Shown piece after piece: positions 24,765-32,460 of a stretch of 32,603 nucleotides of DNA. Source of the stretch: Candidatus Woesearchaeota archaeon (GTDB taxonomy: Archaea > Nanobdellota > Nanobdellia > Pacearchaeales > GW2011-AR1); contig CAZWIB010000001.1 of the NCBI GenBank assembly GCA_964634225.1, positions 1 to 32,603 on the forward strand, in the 5' to 3' direction. Position 1 is the first letter of the stretch. Every line of letters starts with the position of its first letter. The notes under the pieces are model-generated. The model saw only the letters and a program-made list of their open reading frames with translations, did not search any database and was not told where the DNA came from. Made by a program: the position numbers and the translations under genes.

Positions 24765-27305
24765 TTAAAATTCCCCTAAAGTCATTTGTTTTTTTCCTTC
24801 AATAATTTCCTTTATATCAAGATTAAAAACTTGAAAAATGTTTTCAACTGCAGGTAAAATCTGCCTTTCCAAATAATATTGAATATCATATTCTCCTTTT
24901 TCTGTTGGAAGTTTTACTTTATCTCTAACTAATTTTTTCTTATCTTTTGTTTCTGCAATATAATATTCAATTAAATTCCCTTGAGTTACTGGAGTTTCTT
25001 GTTCAATCATCTTTTTAGCAGCTATAACATGTGGAGAAATAGCCTTGTATTCTGAAATTGGTTTTTTTAATTGAGTTCTAATTATTAATTCTTTTATATC
25101 AATTTTTCTTTGCCTTATTTTTTTAGCTACATCTTTAACATATTCCAATGCTTTTTTTTCATTTCCATCTTTAAGAATCTGCCTTATTACATAATCTTGC
25201 ATTTTTCTTGACAAAGCACACCAATCTCTTCTTACTGTTTCAAATCCTCTTATTTTTAAACCATTCTTTTTATTAAGAAGAGCATATTTCTTTTTTGCAC
25301 CTACTTTTCCAGCTCTTGTTGTAACCCACAAACCTCTTTTATAAAAATCTTCTAGTTCTAAATGCATGATTCCCGGAAGTTCTGAATTTAATTTACTTAA
25401 CAATTTTTTAATATCACTTTCTTTTTTCTTATTCATTAAAAAACCAACTGAATCAGTATCACCAAATATAACTTCATATTTTAATTTCTTTATTTTTTCA
25501 ATTATTTCTTTGTTGTATTTTCTTACGAACGCTAAAATTGATGCAGAAGTTTCTAAGGAATAGTATCTTGCTCCAAAAAAACCAATATACCCATGAACAG
25601 AAGCAGATAACACCTTGAAGGCATTACTTCTTGCTTTAGTTATAACATTTGGATTTTTTTTGTATTCTGCTTTGTATTTTTTTCTTTTTTCAAAAATATC
25701 CCTTAATAGTTCAGGAAAAAATCCTGGTTTTTTAGAGAAATAAAATTTCTTTTTCTTTCCTTTTAATTCTAATTCTGGGGATGCAAATGCATTTTTTTCT
25801 TTTTTTTCTAATAAAGTATCTTTTGAAAGATTATGAGTTATAATAATACTTGTATGCATTGAAGCAAAATCAAAAATTGCTATTTTTTCGTAAAGTCCGG
25901 GAGTTGGTTGATAAACAAAAGCACCTTCTACTCCTCCGCTTGATCTTCTTTCACTTATTTCATTATAACCGGGTCTTCTTTCTGGAATTTCATTGAATTT
26001 TTCTAAATTATGTAAGATATAAGATTCAACATATTTTGAGAGTCCAGCTCTTGATACATCAAAGGATGGTTCTTTTATTACTTTTGAAAACTCTAATAAA
26101 TCTGGCCAGAATTTTTCAAATAAATTTAAAGTTAAAACAGAATCATGCAAGTTATATTCATAGTATTTTTCCCATTCGGTTATTTGTGAAGAGTGTTTGT
26201 GTTCGAAACTTTTTTTAGAATCTCCTAAAAATTCTTTTGCGACTTCATTAAGTGTTAAGGTTTCTGATTCCATGTATTGAGCATAAGCTGTTCTTATAAA
26301 TTTTAAGAGATCTATGTGCACTATTCCATCTATTTTACCTTTCATTTCTCTTCCTCTTGAAAATTTTGGTTGGGATCCGTCTAGTCCTAATGAAAGTTTT
26401 ACTTTGTGTTTATCTGCTCTTGCTTTTAGATAAGGTAAATCAAATCCATCTGAAAAATATCCAACTAAGAAATCAGGAGATACTTTTTTTACATATTCTG
26501 TAAATTTTTCTAAGAGTTCTGCTTCATCTTTAACATATTCTACATAAGCGAAAGAGCCCCTTGTTTCTTTCGCGCTATCTCCTCGAAGCGCGGAAGGGCG
26601 ACTTTTTTCTTTGCCTCTGCCTAAAGTCGCACGGTTTTTTTCTGATCTCTTCCAAGTTATAACTTTTTTAAAATTATCAGAAACAAGAGAAACCATAAGT
26701 ATTTCACCTTCACCTATTTTTAATTCATCACATTCTATATCATAAGCGAGAGCTTTTGGTTTGAAAGATTTTTTTATTTCTTTGGAAGATTCTAGTTTTA
26801 TACAAAAATCAACATCTAAAGCCATATCAATTCCTCCGAATTCTTGAGAATTGTGAAGCACTTCACCTTGTATTTCATACCAAGTTAAAGGATTAATCTT
26901 TTTCTCCATTATGTAATGAGTTATGTATCCTAAATCATATCCTCTTCTCTTTTCTATTTCTGGCAATCCAAGTTTGTCTGCAATATCATGTAAATCTTTG
27001 TAATTTGTTGCAAAAACTTTTAGGGCTTGAACTTTTTTTCCTAAGAATTTTTTGTCTTTTAATTCAACTTTTTCAACTTTTGTTTTTCTTCCTTTTACGT
27101 CTAACTTTATTTTTTCTATTTTTTTGATTAGTGCTTTGGTTTTTTTATCACCTAATTTTGGTTTTAATATTGCCCATAAGTAAACATCACAAGAATCAAT
27201 TATGCAAACTCGTTTTCCTTTGTCATCTCTGCCTATTATTTTTGCATAGTTTTTACCTTCAAAATCAAAGTAATTGTAATCTATTGGAATGAATGAAGTT
27301 TTCAT
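24765..27305 (-). CDS. polB: Family-B DNA polymerase (PolB) with a C-terminal PIP-like box
   Basis: Exo I LAYDIECD, Exo II GYFSDGFDLPYL, Exo III YNLHDSVLT. Motif A FDFASMHTSIIITHNLSKDT, motif B KVLSASVHGYIGF, motif C VIFGDTDSV. C-terminus QMTLGEF. Confidence 0.92.
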   Translation of the reverse strand: MKTSFIPIDYNYFDFEGKNYAKIIGRDDKGKRVCIIDSCDVYLWAILKPKLGDKKTKALIKKIEKIKLDVKGRKTKVEKVELKDKKFLGKKVQALKVFATNYKDLHDIADKLGLPEIEKRRGYDLGYITHYIMEKKINPLTWYEIQGEVLHNSQEFGGIDMALDVDFCIKLESSKEIKKSFKPKALAYDIECDELKIGEGEILMVSLVSDNFKKVITWKRSEKNRATLGRGKEKSRPSALRGDSAKETRGSFAYVEYVKDEAELLEKFTEYVKKVSPDFLVGYFSDGFDLPYLKARADKHKVKLSLGLDGSQPKFSRGREMKGKIDGIVHIDLLKFIRTAYAQYMESETLTLNEVAKEFLGDSKKSFEHKHSSQITEWEKYYEYNLHDSVLTLNLFEKFWPDLLEFSKVIKEPSFDVSRAGLSKYVESYILHNLEKFNEIPERRPGYNEISERRSSGGVEGAFVYQPTPGLYEKIAIFDFASMHTSIIITHNLSKDTLLEKKEKNAFASPELELKGKKKKFYFSKKPGFFPELLRDIFEKRKKYKAEYKKNPNVITKARSNAFKVLSASVHGYIGFFGARYYSLETSASILAFVRKYNKEIIEKIKKLKYEVIFGDTDSVGFLMNKKKESDIKKLLSKLNSELPGIMHLELEDFYKRGLWVTTRAGKVGAKKKYALLNKKNGLKIRGFETVRRDWCALSRKMQDYVIRQILKDGNEKKALEYVKDVAKKIRQRKIDIKELIIRTQLKKPISEYKAISPHVIAAKKMIEQETPVTQGNLIEYYIAETKDKKKLVRDKVKLPTEKGEYDIQYYLERQILPAVENIFQVFNLDIKEIIEGKKQMTLGEF
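26548..26645 (-). other. GC-rich in-frame insertion with three stem-loops inside polB (aa ~221-252)
   Basis: Hand count gives about 55% G+C over 26548-26634, versus about 30% background. Arms: GCGAAAGA/TCTTTCGC, CGCGCT/AGCGCG and GCGACTTT/AAAGTCGC. Codons CGT, CGC, CGA and GCG are otherwise rare in the window. Confidence 0.7.
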
Positions 27306-27390
27306 ATAATAATATGTTTAGAAGACTTTTTATATTTTTTATAAACTTTACTATTTGTCACCACTACTTAGGTAATACATTATAGAAACA

Positions 27391-27398
27391 TTTAAATA
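27391..27398 (+). promoter_or_regulatory. TATA box (TTTAAATA) for the CDS at 27420
   Basis: Lies 29 nt upstream of ATG 27420, within the 17-mer shared with 20036-20052. Confidence 0.55.
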
Positions 27399-27419
27399 GT
27401 ATTTGTACTTAAATATAGT

Positions 27420-27803
27420 ATGAATAAAGCAACTTTAGAAACATCTTGTGATGAATATTTTCCAGATATGGAATTAATCGGTTCTGGAAATACTGATTAT
27501 GGTCATAATCTTGCTGATGCAATTTTAAATCAAAGAGAACAAGAAGATTTAGAAAAAAGAGCAAATTTAGCCTATGATTTAGATTTTGTTGATGAAGTTA
27601 AAAAATTAGGAATTAATATGAATGATTATTATTCTGATTTAGAAGCTAAGCAAAAATTAATTAGAAAACACAAGGGATATACTTTACTTAATGGAGAAGG
27701 AAAAGAAAAGAAAACTTTAGCTCAATGTTCAAGAAATAGTCAACTTGGAAGAGCTTTTCAAAACATGTATAATGCTTCTTGTAAAAAAATTAATGCTTCA
27801 TAG
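27420..27803 (+). CDS. Hypothetical protein (127 aa)
   Basis: ORF with canonical promoter spacing. No motif recognised. Confidence 0.5.
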   Translation: MNKATLETSCDEYFPDMELIGSGNTDYGHNLADAILNQREQEDLEKRANLAYDLDFVDEVKKLGINMNDYYSDLEAKQKLIRKHKGYTLLNGEGKEKKTLAQCSRNSQLGRAFQNMYNASCKKINAS

Positions 27804-27837
27804 TTAATTATTTATATTTCTATTTTATTACAATTTT

Positions 27838-28875
27838 ATGGGATTAAACATAAGAGAAATCATTCCAAGAAAAGATATTGAGATATCAGATTTAAGAGAA
27901 AAAATTGTCTGTGTGGATGCATTTAACACATTATACCAATTTTTATCTACAATTCGACAACCAGATGGAACTCCTTTAATGGATAATAAAAAAAGAGTGA
28001 CTAGTCATTTATCTGGATTTTTATATAGAAATGTTAGTTTGCTTTCTGAAGGTATTAAATTAGTTTATGTTTTTGATGGAAAGCCTCCGGCATTAAAGGC
28101 AAAGATCCATAAAAAAAGAAAGGGAGCAAGAGATACGGCCAAAGAAAGATACGAAAGTGCTAAACAGGAGGCAGATTTTGAAAAAATGAAGAGATATGGC
28201 AGTCAATTGTTGAGATTAGATGATGAAATGATAGAAGAAAGCAAAGAATTATTAGAAGCCTTGGGAATTCCTGCGATTCAAGCTCCTTCAGAAGGAGAGG
28301 CAGAAGCTGCTTATTTGTCCAAGAAGAACGAAGTTTATGCTGCAGTTAGTCAAGATTATGATAGTTTGCTTTTTGGTGCCCCATTACTTGTAAGAAATTT
28401 GACTTTGGCTAAAAGGAAGAAAACTTATACAGGTTATGTTGAGATTAAACCAGAACTTATTGAATTACAAAAAGTTTTGAATAATTTGGGAATTAATTTA
28501 GATCAATTGATTTGTTTGGGGATTTTAGTTGGAACAGATTATAATCCAAAAGGTATTCCTGGAATTGGTCAGAAAAGAGCTTTAGAAATTGTTAAGAAAT
28601 TTAGAACACCTGTGAGAATTTTTGAAGAAGTTAAACAAAGAATTAGAAGTTTACCTGATGAAGATCAATTTGATTGGCAAGAAGTTTTTGAATTATTTCA
28701 TAAACCAGATGTAAAAGATTTTGATTTTGAATTTAAAGAAATTGATGAAGATAAGATTAAAGAGATTTTAGTTAAAAGACATGATTTTTCAGAAGAAAGA
28801 GTTCAGAAACAAATTGATAAATTGAATGAAATTAAAGAAAAGAATAAACAAAAAGGATTAGATAAGTGGTTTTAG
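27838..28875 (+). CDS. fen1: Flap endonuclease 1 (FEN1)
   Basis: N-domain MGLNIREII...VCVDAFNTLYQFLSTIRQPDGTPLMD. I-domain APSEGEAEAAYL...SQDYDSLLFG. H3TH GTDYNPKGIPGIGQKRA. C-terminal PIP box QKGLDKWF. Confidence 0.92.
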   Translation: MGLNIREIIPRKDIEISDLREKIVCVDAFNTLYQFLSTIRQPDGTPLMDNKKRVTSHLSGFLYRNVSLLSEGIKLVYVFDGKPPALKAKIHKKRKGARDTAKERYESAKQEADFEKMKRYGSQLLRLDDEMIEESKELLEALGIPAIQAPSEGEAEAAYLSKKNEVYAAVSQDYDSLLFGAPLLVRNLTLAKRKKTYTGYVEIKPELIELQKVLNNLGINLDQLICLGILVGTDYNPKGIPGIGQKRALEIVKKFRTPVRIFEEVKQRIRSLPDEDQFDWQEVFELFHKPDVKDFDFEFKEIDEDKIKEILVKRHDFSEERVQKQIDKLNEIKEKNKQKGLDKWF

Positions 28876-28878
28876 GTT

Positions 28879-29697
28879 TTATCTATGGGGGGGCAATAAT
28901 CTATCTGGTCTTGTGATTCTTCTTCTTGCAACCTTTGTTCTCTTTCTTCTATTTGCATCTCTTATTCTTCTCATTGCTCTTCTTTCTCTTGCTAATCTTT
29001 TTCTCCTTATTTTTGATATGTTTTTAGCTCTTCTTCTAATTTCTCTTTCTCTTATTACTGGAGGTCTATATCTTCTAGGTTCTCTTTCTCTTATTACTGG
29101 AGGTCTATATCTTCTAGGTTCTCTTTCTCTTATTACTGGAGATCTATATCTTCTAGGTTCTCTACTTCTTTGCCACGGAATACTTCCTATTCTAGGTTTT
29201 CTGAATTGAAGTAAAAGTCCGATTACTAAAAATATAATTCCAATATAAAGGAAAATATTTTTTTCATAAACTAGATTTGTGAAACTTGTTATAATTGATA
29301 ATATTCCCAAGACCATTAATACTACTCCAAAACCCCATCTTACTATAAAATAGACAATTCCTGCTAAAAACAAAATGGTTAGTATTGTTGGTAAATAATC
29401 TCCTAAAAAGAAACTTCCTGTATCAAAACTACCCATGTTTACATCAAAATTTGAAGTTGCTATACCATATACTGCAAATAACGAAAGTACTAAACTGATT
29501 ACTACTTTTGTTCCTTGATTTTCTCTGAATACTGTTCGTCCTAATATGAAATTCAATAATGCAAAAAATACTACAAATATTCCTCCATAAACAAATAAAG
29601 AAGAATCAAAATATCCTCCGAATCCACCAAGAAATTGTGCGCTTACAAGACCAATTAAGAATATACCCATAATTAATGCTAATATGCCTCTTTTCAT
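28879..29697 (-). CDS. Multi-pass membrane protein with an Arg-rich C-terminal tail containing 13-aa tandem repeats
   Basis: Signal/TM plus about 5 further TM helices. The tail reads ...REPRRYRSPVIRE REPRRYRPPVIRE REPRRYRPPVIRE REIRRRAKN...RRKRTKVARRRITR. A TATA box at 29719-29726 lies 29 nt from the ATG. Confidence 0.65.
   Translation of the reverse strand: MKRGILALIMGIFLIGLVSAQFLGGFGGYFDSSLFVYGGIFVVFFALLNFILGRTVFRENQGTKVVISLVLSLFAVYGIATSNFDVNMGSFDTGSFFLGDYLPTILTILFLAGIVYFIVRWGFGVVLMVLGILSIITSFTNLVYEKNIFLYIGIIFLVIGLLLQFRKPRIGSIPWQRSREPRRYRSPVIREREPRRYRPPVIREREPRRYRPPVIREREIRRRAKNISKIRRKRLARERRAMRRIRDANRRKRTKVARRRITRPDRLLPPHR
29042..29158. repeat. 39-bp tandem repeat x3 (units 29042-29080, 29081-29119, 29120-29158), flanked by degenerate partial copies
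   Basis: Units 1 and 2 are identical. Unit 3 differs at one base (G to A), which changes Pro to Ser. In frame within CDS 28879-29697. Confidence 0.92.
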
Positions 29698-29718
29698 AAT
29701 TTAATTAGATTAAAGTTT

Positions 29719-29726
29719 TTTATAAA
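29719..29726 (-). promoter_or_regulatory. TATA box (TTTATAAA) for 29697(-)
   Basis: 29726-29697=29. Confidence 0.5.
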
Positions 29727-29748
29727 GGTATCTTTGATAAGGACAATA

Positions 29749-29756
29749 TTTATAAA
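29749..29756 (+). promoter_or_regulatory. TATA box (TTTATAAA) for 29778(+)
   Basis: 29778-29749=29. Confidence 0.5.
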
Positions 29757-29777
29757 TATAAGAATGGTTTAAGAAAT

Positions 29778-30599
29778 ATGAAAAAGAAAAGGGGAAAGAA
29801 GACTATTAACTCTAAAAAAAGTAAAAATATGGATAAATTAGCCGTTATTGCTATTGGTATTTTTGTTTTGGCTTCTCTCTTTTTAATTCCTTTAAGTGGT
29901 TCACCAGAAATCACTGGTCAACAAGTTCAACAGGTTCAAGGAGGAAGTAGTTTTATAGGAGATTTGTTTTCTAATTGGAGTACTGGAAATGTTGATACTA
30001 ATATAGCAAAATATATTTTCTTTTTTATTTTAATACTTCTTATTTTTAGTATTTTGAACTTCACTGGAGTTCCAGATCACCCTGCTGTTCAGTGGATTTT
30101 AGCTATTTTAGTTGGTTTTTTATCTACAGCATTTATTACTCCAGATGAAATTTTTACAATTTTAACTGCATATACTGCTTTGGGTTTTACTTTAAGTATA
30201 ATTCTTCCTTTTGCAATATTAATCTTAGCTTCTTCAGCCATGTTATCCCCAATAAGAAAATCAGGTAGGCGTGTAATAACCCAAGTTAGCAGGATCACTA
30301 TTGGAAAAATTATGTTGAATATTCTTTTATGGTTTGCCTTTACTCTTGTTATGTTTTACAAACTTATTGTTGGATATGGGCAAGGGGTTAGTCCAACATC
30401 ATGGATGGGTATTTTAATTTTAGTTGTTACTGTAGTTTGTCTTGGATTCCTTATTTTCCATAGAAAATTTAGAAATTGGGTTATGAGAATAGGGATGGAA
30501 ATAAAAGCATGGGAGATTAGATTTGCACAATCAGCTGCTCAAGAAGCAGGACATCTTGCTGATGCTATGAACGAGGGCAGGAGAGTAACAGGCCCATAA
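29778..30599 (+). CDS. Multi-pass membrane protein, probable distant paralogue of the divergent 28879-29697 gene
   Basis: Same layout as its neighbour: basic N-terminus or signal anchor, a Gly-rich segment (GGSSFIGDLF versus GGFGGYFDSSLF), a TM helix ending in LNF(T/I)G, then further TM helices. Confidence 0.6.
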   Translation: MKKKRGKKTINSKKSKNMDKLAVIAIGIFVLASLFLIPLSGSPEITGQQVQQVQGGSSFIGDLFSNWSTGNVDTNIAKYIFFFILILLIFSILNFTGVPDHPAVQWILAILVGFLSTAFITPDEIFTILTAYTALGFTLSIILPFAILILASSAMLSPIRKSGRRVITQVSRITIGKIMLNILLWFAFTLVMFYKLIVGYGQGVSPTSWMGILILVVTVVCLGFLIFHRKFRNWVMRIGMEIKAWEIRFAQSAAQEAGHLADAMNEGRRVTGP

Positions 30600-30636
30600 T
30601 AAGTATTAATTTTAAAGTAGTTACAACTTAGAAACC

Positions 30637-30644
30637 TTTATAAA
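30637..30644 (+). promoter_or_regulatory. TATA box (TTTATAAA) for 30666(+)
   Basis: 30666-30637=29. Confidence 0.5.
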
Positions 30645-30665
30645 TCTAGATTTGATTCTATTTTT

Positions 30666-31634
30666 ATGAAATCTAATGAAAATAAGGATAATCAAAACAA
30701 GAAACGTCTTGGTAAAAAAGGTCTTATAGGATTGATAGCTGGAAGTATTACAGTATTAGGATTTGGTATTTGGGGCCTTTCAAATATTGGTGATTCAGAT
30801 AATGAAACTCAAAATGAATTAAGAAACATTAATATTTCTGATAATGAAGTTAAAAGTGAAGTAAGAAACATTGGTACTTCTAATAATGAAGCAAGATTTA
30901 AACCAGGATATGAAACTGTGATAGCAGAAGATAAATATGTACGGGGAGTAGAAATAAATTATACTGAAAATAAAAAAGATGGTTGGAATTGGATGCAACT
31001 TGAACTTGGCGGCCAATTAGTTGATATTTGGAAAAAAAATGGATCTAATCTTGAATGGAATAAATCATATTCAAAATTACCTAAATTTGAAGCAATAGAT
31101 AGTTTGATAATCAATGGAGAAGTATTTACTCCAAAAGATGTTAATTCTGATAATATTAAATCATGTTATGCTGGTAAGAAGTTAAAAGAAGCTAGTGATC
31201 TTTATCATATTTATAGAACAATTATTTGGACAGATGCAAGAAACGAGTATTTTAGATATATAGATGGAATGAGTAATGGTCATAATGGTTTAAATGAAGT
31301 TATTGCTAGAGCTCCTGAATATGAAATGGATACACTAAAACATAGAATAAAAATAAAAGATATGACTCCTAAAATTGGAAAAGCTAAAACCAAAAGGGAG
31401 CAAAAAAATGAAAACATAGTTAGGGCTGAAAAAGCAATAAATAACGCAGATCAAATGTTTGAATCTATTAAAAACGATTCCTCATATGCAGATTCAGATG
31501 TTCAAGTTGTTTATGGCTTATTAGATCAAGCGAGATATTTTCTTACAACTAAAGATAGTGTAATTAACCAAAAATTAGAAAACTATTTAGGTCGAATGGA
31601 TGAAATGCTTGATGAGCAAAGTTCAAATAAATAA
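30666..31634 (+). CDS. Hypothetical N-terminally anchored (probably extracellular) protein
   Basis: One TM helix (LIGLIAGSITVLGFGIWGL). Imperfect 14-aa duplication ELRNINISDNEVKS / EVRNIGTSNNEARF. No known domain recognised. Confidence 0.55.
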   Translation: MKSNENKDNQNKKRLGKKGLIGLIAGSITVLGFGIWGLSNIGDSDNETQNELRNINISDNEVKSEVRNIGTSNNEARFKPGYETVIAEDKYVRGVEINYTENKKDGWNWMQLELGGQLVDIWKKNGSNLEWNKSYSKLPKFEAIDSLIINGEVFTPKDVNSDNIKSCYAGKKLKEASDLYHIYRTIIWTDARNEYFRYIDGMSNGHNGLNEVIARAPEYEMDTLKHRIKIKDMTPKIGKAKTKREQKNENIVRAEKAINNADQMFESIKNDSSYADSDVQVVYGLLDQARYFLTTKDSVINQKLENYLGRMDEMLDEQSSNK

Positions 31635-31680
31635 TATTAGTTTCCTAAAGAAATTTAAACTATTTTATATTAAATCTTAT

Positions 31681-32460
31681 ATGTCAAATCAAAGGGCTTT
31701 TAATGTTCTTGGAAATATTGCTATTGTAAATTTTCCTTTTGAGACCAAACAAAATACTAAGAAAGAATTTGCTAAAGAGATTTTGAAAAAGAATCCAGCA
31801 ATAAAAACTGTTTTAGAAAAATCTGGAATTTTTAAGGGAAGATTGAGAAAGATGCAAACAAAACATCTTGCTGGTAAAAAAAATAAAGAAGTTTTGTATA
31901 AAGAAAATAATTGTGTGTTTAGATTTAATGTTGATACAACTTATTTCTCACCAAGATTAAGTAATGAGAGAAAAGAAATTGCTTCTAAGATTAAAAAAAA
32001 TGATGAAGTTTTAGTTATGTTTGCTGGTGTTAGCCCTTTTTCAATTGTTATTGCAAAAAATTCTAAAGCTAAAAAAGTTTTTTCAAATGAAATTAATAAA
32101 AAAGCAAATAAATATGCTGAATTAAATATTGAATTAAACAAAGTTAAAGATAAAGTTGATTTGATTCCTGGTGATATTAAGAAAACTGCATTAAAACTTA
32201 AAAAGAAATTTAATGTAATTGTTATGCCTAGACCAAAATTAAGAGCTACTTTTTTGAAAGAAGCATTTATGTTATCTAAAAGAAAAACTAGAATTTATTA
32301 TTATGGTTTTTGTAAAGTTGGTGAAGAAGATAAAATTATTGAAAAAATTAAAAAAGAAGCAAAAAAATTTAAAAAAAGAATTAAAATTTTAAACATCAGC
32401 AAAGCCGGGGAAATAGCTCCTTATAAAATCAGGCTCAGAGTTGATTTCAGAATCTTGTGA
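31681..32460 (+). CDS. trm5: tRNA (guanine37-N1)-methyltransferase Trm5 / Taw2 (Met-10 family)
   Basis: FNVLGNIAIVNFP, ENNCVFRFNVDTTYFSPRLSNERKEI and EVLVMFAGVSPFSIVIAK (SAM-binding DmFAGvGpF-like), plus VIVMPRP. ATG 31681 lies 29 nt downstream of AATTTAAA (31652-31659); the ORF-finder start at 31600 overlaps the previous gene. Confidence 0.7.
   Translation: MSNQRAFNVLGNIAIVNFPFETKQNTKKEFAKEILKKNPAIKTVLEKSGIFKGRLRKMQTKHLAGKKNKEVLYKENNCVFRFNVDTTYFSPRLSNERKEIASKIKKNDEVLVMFAGVSPFSIVIAKNSKAKKVFSNEINKKANKYAELNIELNKVKDKVDLIPGDIKKTALKLKKKFNVIVMPRPKLRATFLKEAFMLSKRKTRIYYYGFCKVGEEDKIIEKIKKEAKKFKKRIKILNISKAGEIAPYKIRLRVDFRIL

Noticed and set aside
28887-28893. G7 homopolymer, unusual in this A/T-rich genome, as a possible phase-variation tract.
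   Set aside because: It lies in the last five codons (..LLPPHR-stop) of CDS 28879-29697, so slippage would alter only a few terminal residues. It is a single tract with no supporting evidence.
29042-29158. Regular 39-bp repeats that could be mistaken for a CRISPR array.
   Set aside because: The units are directly tandem with no spacers. They lie in frame inside a CDS and encode a 13-aa peptide repeat. No cas genes are present.
1273-32141. About 20 ORFs of 60-135 aa in the six-frame track that lie antisense to, or nested within, longer recognisable genes. Examples: 1273-1470, 7752-8159, 9178-9432, 10891-11100, 11689-12015, 17021-17206, 18445-18690, 19474-19722, 19900-20085, 20132-20320, 23002-23205, 23386-23583, 23901-24086, 25366-25563, 26036-26218, 28913-29209, 30089-30298, 30819-31016 and 31941-32141.
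   Set aside because: Their translations are low-complexity (F/L/I/S/K-rich), as expected for the complement of A/T-rich coding sequence. None carries a recognisable motif or a TATA box at the 29-nt spacing. Each overlaps a confidently identified gene.
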